The notes under the pieces were generated by a model. The model made no database searches and was not told where the DNA came from. It saw only the letters and a list, made by a program, of their open reading frames with translations. From the NCBI GenBank assembly GCA_018715495.1, contig DVLO01000021.1:32630-96629 (forward strand): 64,000 nucleotides of DNA, in the 5' to 3' direction. Each line of letters starts with the position of its first letter. The stretch's first letter is position 1. The translations under genes and the position numbers were made by a program. The stretch is from Candidatus Limihabitans stercoravium. GTDB lineage: Bacteria; Bacillota; Clostridia; Christensenellales; CAG-314. Below are positions 58,327-63,087 of the stretch, in pieces.

Positions 58327-58397
58327 GACTAGGATAAAACTTGGTTGCCGTGTTTTTATTTTGCCTCAACTTATACCTAGCACCCGTACGGCAGTAC
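58327..58397 (+). repeat. Repeat unit B, copy 1
   Basis: ACTAGGATAAAACTTGGTTGCCGTGTTTTTATTTTGCCTCAACTTATACCTAGCACCCGTACGGCAGTAC. A diverged second copy lies at 58651..58720. Contains a GCCGTG-T-run terminator-like hairpin. Confidence 0.75.
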
Positions 58398-58582
58398 CTC
58401 GCTTGTAGTCGCAACAAAAAGAAAGACACCAATCGGTGTCTTTTTCTTTTTATTGCTCCGTATTGCTTCGCCACATCATGGCTCCGAGAACAGTCCGTTG
58501 AAATGATGTGACGCTCAAGCAACACGTTGCTTTCGCTAAGCCGTCGCAACAAGCTGCTCCTTACAAATCCTGTTCTCTCCGC
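58398..58582 (+). repeat. tRNA-Ser-linked repeat unit A, copy 2 (185 bp)
   Basis: Differs from copy 1 at only a few positions by eye (CAGTTGATTG vs CAGTCCGTTG; AAGTTGCT vs AAGCTGCT). Ends with CAAATCCTGTTCTCTCCGC. Repeat period 273 bp. Confidence 0.9.
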
Positions 58583-58650
58583 TCCGATGTTGCACTTTTA
58601 TTTTGTACTTGATTGTAAGTTTCACATGGGCCCCTACGGCAGTAGCGGCT

Positions 58651-58720
58651 ACTAGGGTAAAATCTGGCTGCCGTGTTTTTGTTTTACCTCAATTTATACC
58701 TAATGCCCGTACGGCAGTAC
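58651..58720 (+). repeat. Repeat unit B, copy 2
   Basis: ACTAGGGTAAAATCTGGCTGCCGTGTTTTTGTTTTACCTCAATTTATACCTAATGCCCGTACGGCAGTAC. Confidence 0.75.
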
Positions 58721-58759
58721 TGTAACGGAAAGGGAAGCACAGTAGTGTTTCCCTTTTCC

Positions 58760-58933
58760 ATTTCTTTCGTGGTAGTCGCTTGTCGTTTTTGCTCCTAGAA
58801 CATTCAGTTTAAATTATGTGGCGGTACTGCGTACGGCAACTATTGATTACAATGTATTGCGGACGCAAAACCTAATCCCTGTGGAACAGCGCTATTTCGT
58901 CGCTACGCTCCTTACAAATCCTGTTCTACACGT
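58760..58933 (+). repeat. Degenerate third A-type unit ending in a decayed tRNA-Ser 3' fragment
   Basis: Retains TAGTCGC, TTTTTGCTCC, AATTATGTGGCGGTACTGCGTACGGC (compare GAAATGATGTGACGGTACTGCGTACGGC after tRNA-Val) and GCTCCTTACAAATCCTGTTCT. Confidence 0.6.
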
Positions 58934-59131
58934 CAGTACTAGCGTTCAGCAAACAACGGTAAGAGTTTTTCATAAATCCAGTATGAATTTTATTTGGTGT
59001 AAATTTAATAGCGCTTTGTTGTGATAAAGTTACATTTTGTGTTTTAAATTCAGTGTTGTCTTTAGAATATTTTTAAAATATGAAAATGATGTTAAATTCT
59101 AGGTTGCAAACGGGAAGTTAGCAATCTATTC

Positions 59132-59160
59132 TTGACATTGCTAAAGATTTGTGTTATCAT
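59132..59160 (+). promoter_or_regulatory. Sigma-70 promoter of the retron operon
   Basis: TTGACA (59132-59137), 17-nt spacer, TATCAT (59155-59160). Confidence 0.7.
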
Positions 59161-59166
59161 ACAATT

Positions 59167-59396
59167 AATAACGCATAGGCAGGTTGCACTCTCGCAAGGT
59201 CTGCTTTGCAGATGGACATCTTTTGATGTAGTTTAAGTGGGAATAATAGAGTTTCCACGTGATCCGATAAGCTTCAGTAAAAGCGAGAGGTTTATCGTGT
59301 AGACTTTTGGTATTATAGTTCAAGCCTTAGCATTGACAGCTGAATTGTTATTAGAGTGAATTAAGCGAGAGGCTCCATTCTGGAGACACTAATAAC
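59167..59396 (+). ncRNA. Candidate retron non-coding RNA (msr-msd region); boundaries approximate
   Basis: About 230 nt between the promoter and the first RBS, with no ORF. Hairpins at 59179-59204, 59237-59258, 59265-59297 and 59373-59385. AGCGAGAGG occurs twice (59282, 59364). TTAATAAC (59165) and CTAATAAC (59389) are both complementary to GTTATTAG (59347). Confidence 0.55.
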
Positions 59397-59411
59397 GAGG
59401 AGGTGAAAAAA

Positions 59412-59645
59412 ATGTCAAATGCTAACAAAACAACTGATAGCAACGATGTTGTTTTCAATGTTACAGTTAATGTAAATATTAGCGGTAACGTGATTGTAGG
59501 CAATGGCAACACCATTGTTGAAAATGGATCTCAATCCAATAAATCAATTGAGAAAAAAAGTGCGTTAGGTGAACTATTTAGCAAAGTAGGCAAGGTCATA
59601 GTCAAAATTGTTAGCATAATAACTATGTTTTTGCCGAGAGTGTAA
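59412..59645 (+). CDS. 77-aa protein with an Asn/Val-rich beta-repeat N-terminal half and a C-terminal hydrophobic tail anchor; candidate retron accessory/effector
   Basis: ATG 59412 lies 8 nt after GAGGAGG. Sequence MSNANKTTDSNDVVFNVTVNVNISGNVIVGNGNTIVENG...ALGELFSKVGKVIVKIVSIITMFLPRV. Sits between the leader and the RT on the same strand. Confidence 0.6.
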   Translation: MSNANKTTDSNDVVFNVTVNVNISGNVIVGNGNTIVENGSQSNKSIEKKSALGELFSKVGKVIVKIVSIITMFLPRV

Positions 59646-59674
59646 TACCAAAATGCATTCTAAATATTATCGGC

Positions 59675-60658
59675 GTGAGGTGGCCGTTGACTTATAAATT
59701 GTGTAGATTATATGGACTTAAATCCAAAAAAACTTTACGTGAATGGCTCGGAATCAATGATTCGGGCTTTTTTTGCAGTCAAAATATAGCGAAGAATTAC
59801 CACCCATATATTGGGAGTAAGGACAATAAAATACGTTTAATCGAGGATTCTTCTTTCAAGTTAAAACATGTGCAAAAAAAAATTCTAAAAATGTTGAAGA
59901 AACTTGATTATCCTAAATATTTATTTTCAGGCGTAAAGGGTTTATCGTATATCGACAATGCGAAGCAACATCTGGGAAAATTCTATACATATAAAATAGA
60001 TGTGTCAAAGTTTTTCCCGAATACTAGCAGAAATAAGGTGTATTCATTCTTCAAAGATTTTCTAAATACGTCTCCTGATGTGGCAAAAATACTGACGGAT
60101 TGTACAACGGTAGATTTACGTAACTATAGTAACAGTAAACACTATAACAAGATAATGCGTTTTGTAGCAATAGCGGGGATTAGACAAATTGCACATTTAT
60201 CAACAGGGGCATCAACTAGCATGTTGTTGTCTTTTTGTGTAAATCAATCAATGTTTGAAGAATTGAATGAATTTTGCAAGCAACGAGATTATATTTTTAC
60301 TGTTTATGTTGATGATGTGACAATTTCTTCAACTAAACCTATTACATATAAGGATAGACTCAAAATAATTAGAATAGTGGAAAAGTATGGACATTCTATT
60401 TCTCGAAATAAGATTAAATATTACACTTTAAGTAAAACTAAAAAAATTACGGGAGTAGTAATAAATAAAAACGGAGAGGCACGCACTCCCAATAAACTAT
60501 TAAGCAAGACACACTGTAAGATTCTTAAATTTAAAAGGGGAAATATTGGGGATGCTGAAATTAATTCACTAAAAGGGTGTATTAATGTTGCGTATCAAAT
60601 AGATGGAAAATTTATTCACTTAAAAAAACTTTTAAATTTGAAAGACAATTTAAAGTAA
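59675..60658 (+). CDS. ret: Retron-type reverse transcriptase
   Basis: Motifs in retron order: RLIEDSSFKLKHVQKKIL, IDNAKQH (NAxxH), YKIDVSKFFPN, LSTGASTS, FTVYVDDVTISS (YxDD), GHSISRNKIKYY, KKITGVVINKNG (xTG segment). About 320 aa with no maturase or endonuclease domains. The start codon is uncertain (GTG 59675, or TTG 59687/59699). Confidence 0.85.
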   Translation: MRWPLTYKLCRLYGLKSKKTLREWLGINDSGFFCSQNIAKNYHPYIGSKDNKIRLIEDSSFKLKHVQKKILKMLKKLDYPKYLFSGVKGLSYIDNAKQHLGKFYTYKIDVSKFFPNTSRNKVYSFFKDFLNTSPDVAKILTDCTTVDLRNYSNSKHYNKIMRFVAIAGIRQIAHLSTGASTSMLLSFCVNQSMFEELNEFCKQRDYIFTVYVDDVTISSTKPITYKDRLKIIRIVEKYGHSISRNKIKYYTLSKTKKITGVVINKNGEARTPNKLLSKTHCKILKFKRGNIGDAEINSLKGCINVAYQIDGKFIHLKKLLNLKDNLK

Positions 60659-60760
60659 TAAAACAACCTATTAAATATGATATTTTAGACAATCAACGTG
60701 ATGTGTTGAGTGATATTGTTTAGGTTAGATTACAAAAGTTTTAAGGAATTTCAAGTAAGC

Positions 60761-60792
60761 AAAAAGGTGACCATTGATAGTGTCACCTTTTT
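60761..60792. terminator. Bidirectional terminator between the RT and the XRE gene
   Basis: AAAAAGGTGAC-CATTGATAG-TGTCACCTTTTT. Confidence 0.8.
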
Positions 60793-60804
60793 ACAATTAT
60801 TGAA

Positions 60805-61038
60805 CTAGTCTGTTACTTCGTTGAAGATGGGATCATCGAAAAATTCCTTTAATGACATGTCCATCGTTGATGCGAATTGGTAGACTAAGTCCAACATGAT
60901 TTTCTTTTGTCCGTTGTGCAGTACTTGTGAAACTGTCGATGGGGCAATCCCGCCGTTTTTGGTAAAGTAATTAGCATTTAAATTTTTTTCTTTCATCAAT
61001 TTTTCCAGTCTTATAACAACTGCTTGAAACAATGTCAT
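60805..61038 (-). CDS. XRE-family HTH transcriptional regulator (Cro/CI-like)
   Basis: LEKLMKEKNLNANYFTKNGGIAPSTVSQVLHNGQKKIMLDLVYQFASTMDMSLKEFF. Start is ATG 61038 or GTG 61044. Confidence 0.8.
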   Translation of the reverse strand: MTLFQAVVIRLEKLMKEKNLNANYFTKNGGIAPSTVSQVLHNGQKKIMLDLVYQFASTMDMSLKEFFDDPIFNEVTD

Positions 61039-61051
61039 GTGCACCCTCGTG

Positions 61052-61168
61052 TTCTATGTATAGAATATTTTTTAAGGTAATTATATGCAAGAGTAAACAT
61101 TTTTAACTTCTATGTATAGAAACACTTGCTTAAAACCTGAAACAGTGCTACTATTTCTATATATAGAA
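61052..61168. promoter_or_regulatory. Three copies of a 14-bp palindromic operator in the XRE/SLOG divergent intergenic region
   Basis: TTCTATGTATAGAA at 61052-61065 and 61108-61121; TTCTATATATAGAA at 61155-61168. Half-sites TTCTAT/ATAGAA. Confidence 0.7.
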
Positions 61169-61181
61169 ATATGAGGTTGTC

Positions 61182-61652
61182 ATGAAAACGGCATTTATCG
61201 GGCACAGACTTGTTTTGCAAAATGACATCTATACTAAACTGTATAAAATTACAGAACAGTATATTAGGAATGGATGTGAATATTTTACGTTGGGCACTCA
61301 CGGTGAATTTGATGAAATTGCATTGAGGGTGTTGAGAAACTTAAAAGACAAATACAATTTAACAATAGAGGTTGTGTTGACAAGTTTGCATAAATTAAAA
61401 CCGCTTGTAAGTGTAGACGAAGTTTGGGGTACGGAAAATTACTTTAAATATGGGGATGTAAATACAATCATTTACGATATTGAAGAAAAACATTACAAAC
61501 AAAGAATAATATCCAGCAATAGACAAATGCTGGATACTTGCGATTCGGTTATATGCTATGTCGATACTGACAGAAAGAAAAGTGGAGCAAATAAAGCACT
61601 TGGTTATGCAAAGAAAAAGGGTTTGAAAATTACCAATATTTATAGCAAGTAA
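61182..61652 (+). CDS. SLOG-superfamily protein of the DUF1273 / YpsA-YoqJ type
   Basis: MKTAFIGHR..., TLGTHGEFDEIALRVLRNLKDKYNLTIEVVL, and C-terminal RQMLDTCDSVICYVDTDRKKSGANKALGYAKKKGLKI. Pattern matches my recollection of B. subtilis YpsA. Confidence 0.65.
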   Translation: MKTAFIGHRLVLQNDIYTKLYKITEQYIRNGCEYFTLGTHGEFDEIALRVLRNLKDKYNLTIEVVLTSLHKLKPLVSVDEVWGTENYFKYGDVNTIIYDIEEKHYKQRIISSNRQMLDTCDSVICYVDTDRKKSGANKALGYAKKKGLKITNIYSK

Positions 61653-61749
61653 TTAGGTCAATTAATTTAATTGAATGTATTTGAAGATTGATATTGTAGA
61701 AATGTCAGATTGCTTTAAAATATTATTTGCTTGTAAAGTGTTTGCTACA

Positions 61750-61778
61750 TTGACAATTTTTTAAAATTAATGTATAGT
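61750..61778 (+). promoter_or_regulatory. Sigma-70 promoter of sRNA copy 1
   Basis: TTGACA, 17-nt spacer, TATAGT. Confidence 0.7.
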
Positions 61779-61784
61779 GATTGT

Positions 61785-61929
61785 GCCCTGGTGTGTTCGA
61801 AGAACCAAAGTTGTGGCAAGATTGCGTACAACCGAGCGAAGTAGTTAATAGGGCTGAAATTGATTCACCGTAGAGTGATGGGCTGTGAGGCTTCGCAACC
61901 GTCTGTACTTTTTGTGCAGGCGGTTTTTT
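61785..61929 (+). ncRNA. Unclassified structured small RNA, copy 1 (~145 nt, promoter to terminator)
   Basis: Begins about 7 nt after the -10 element. Ends in the CCGTCTGTAC-TTTT-TGTGCAGGCGG hairpin plus T6. Internal stems GTTGT..ACAAC and GCGAAG..CTTCGC. No credible ORF. Confidence 0.6.
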
Positions 61930-62007
61930 ATTGCCTTTTGTTTCGTGCCGTCTGCACAATCCACGCAGCCGATACAAGATATCTTGTAGGATTTTTCTTT
62001 TTCTGCA

Positions 62008-62036
62008 TTGACAACCCTTCTGAATTATTGTATATT
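62008..62036 (+). promoter_or_regulatory. Sigma-70 promoter of sRNA copy 2
   Basis: TTGACA, 17-nt spacer, TATATT. Confidence 0.7.
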
Positions 62037-62042
62037 GATTGT

Positions 62043-62190
62043 GCCTCGGTGGGTAATCTATAACCAAAGTTGCGGCAGGGATTGCGTGCAACCGAGCGAA
62101 GTAGTGGATGAGGCTGAAATTGATTCACCGTAGAGTGATGGGCTGTGAGGCTTCGCAACCGTCTGTACTTTTTGTACAGGCGGTTTTTTT
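62043..62190 (+). ncRNA. Unclassified structured small RNA, copy 2 (~148 nt)
   Basis: The 3' ~95 nt are almost identical to copy 1. The 5' half has diverged but keeps its pairing (GTTGC..GCAAC replaces GTTGT..ACAAC). Terminator GTACAGGCGG plus T7. Confidence 0.6.
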
Positions 62191-62256
62191 GCAAAGTTGG
62201 CGTATGCACGCACGCCGTTGCACGGTTGAGTGTAAGGTAAACAGCCCGAAACGCCG

Positions 62257-62973
62257 TTACTCTATGTGAAGGTACAGTTCCACAAGTTTTCCGGAAATTT
62301 TGGCGTCTTTCAGCACCTTTTCCGTTATCGTTTCCCCCTTTTTAATCATTGTTTCCCCCTGAAAGTTCACTATCGTTTTGTCCACTCTTTTGTGAAGCAA
62401 AAAATCAAAGTTGCCGTATCTTCGCCTTACGGTTCTGTTTGAAATTGCAACATTTTGCGTTGACGGTGCAACGTTTTTTGTAACCGTCAACTGTTGCGGT
62501 GTCTGTTGCTCTTTTTCGACTTTCTGCTTTTGCGTGGCAACAACCTGCTTTTTCCACAAACTTTTCACCGACGGCGTTTTAATTACTATCGCATCCTTTC
62601 CCACGCTTAAAACAACCCCTGCGGTAAAAATTCTTTCCCCCGAGTAAATGCGTGTAAGAGCAAGAGAATTTGAAAAATCGGCGTCTGTCAGATTACCGCA
62701 AAAATTGCCTGCCGTGTCAAAAATTTGTTTACCCGTGTGCAACTTCCCGAAACGTTTTGTCTTCAATTCTTCGGAAATGCCCGCAGGCTGTTCCACAACG
62801 GAAACAACTTGTATTTGTGCGGCTTTTTTCTTTCTTTGCAGGTGTATTTTCACCTTCGCCATTTCGCCTATGTCCGCCACACATGTGCGCAGTGCGTTGT
62901 CGAAAAAAACGTCAGGCACAACTGTTCCCCCTGCAGTGCAGTCAAACAGGCGCAGTTCCGTCAGTTTTATCAT
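62257..62973 (-). CDS. Hypothetical protein (238 aa)
   Basis: ATG 62973 lies 4-5 nt after GGAGG. The longer 314-aa ORF in the track (to 63201) runs through the promoter/RBS of the divergent SPFH gene. I recognise no family with confidence. Confidence 0.55.
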   Translation of the reverse strand: MIKLTELRLFDCTAGGTVVPDVFFDNALRTCVADIGEMAKVKIHLQRKKKAAQIQVVSVVEQPAGISEELKTKRFGKLHTGKQIFDTAGNFCGNLTDADFSNSLALTRIYSGERIFTAGVVLSVGKDAIVIKTPSVKSLWKKQVVATQKQKVEKEQQTPQQLTVTKNVAPSTQNVAISNRTVRRRYGNFDFLLHKRVDKTIVNFQGETMIKKGETITEKVLKDAKISGKLVELYLHIE

Positions 62974-63087
62974 ATCTTCCTCCAAGCAATAAATTTTTGA
63001 AAGATTATTCCCAAAAATGCGTTTATAGTGTATAATATGTAAAACAACTGTGTTTTTTACAAAAAAAACAGGTAAAGGAGATAAAAT

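Noticed and set aside
58094-58552. 152-aa minus-strand ORF with an internally duplicated peptide
   Set aside because: It runs through the 3' end of tRNA-Ser and two copies of the 185-bp repeat. The duplicated peptide simply mirrors the DNA repeat. There is no RBS, and the region contains terminator hairpins.
58125-58582. Possible CRISPR array (regularly spaced direct repeats)
   Set aside because: The repeats are 185 bp with an ~88-bp spacer and occur only 2-3 times. Each ends in tRNA-derived sequence. There are no 25-40-bp repeats and no cas genes.
60553-60576. Near-identity between the RT 3' coding region (GCTGAAATTAATTCAC) and the twin sRNAs (GCTGAAATTGATTCAC), and complementarity of TTAATTCACT to leader nt 59355-59364
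   Set aside because: It is 15 of 16 nt on the same strand in AT-rich DNA, and flanking similarity fades quickly. That is too short to distinguish from chance without statistics or conservation. Noted only as something to look at if the sRNAs prove retron-linked.
59675-60658. RT as a group II intron, DGR or Abi/DRT-type enzyme
   Set aside because: There is no maturase (X), DNA-binding or endonuclease domain, no domain V-like RNA downstream, and no template/variable repeat pair. The NAxxH and xTG segments point to a retron. The Abi/DRT alternative can be excluded only by phylogeny.
61860-62063. 67-aa plus-strand ORF spanning sRNA copy 1 and the copy 2 promoter, plus the shared peptide MGCEASQPSVLFVQAVF
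   Set aside because: The conserved part coincides with the terminator hairpin. The two copies diverge in sequence and length right after it. The RBS is weak. An RNA-level explanation fits better.
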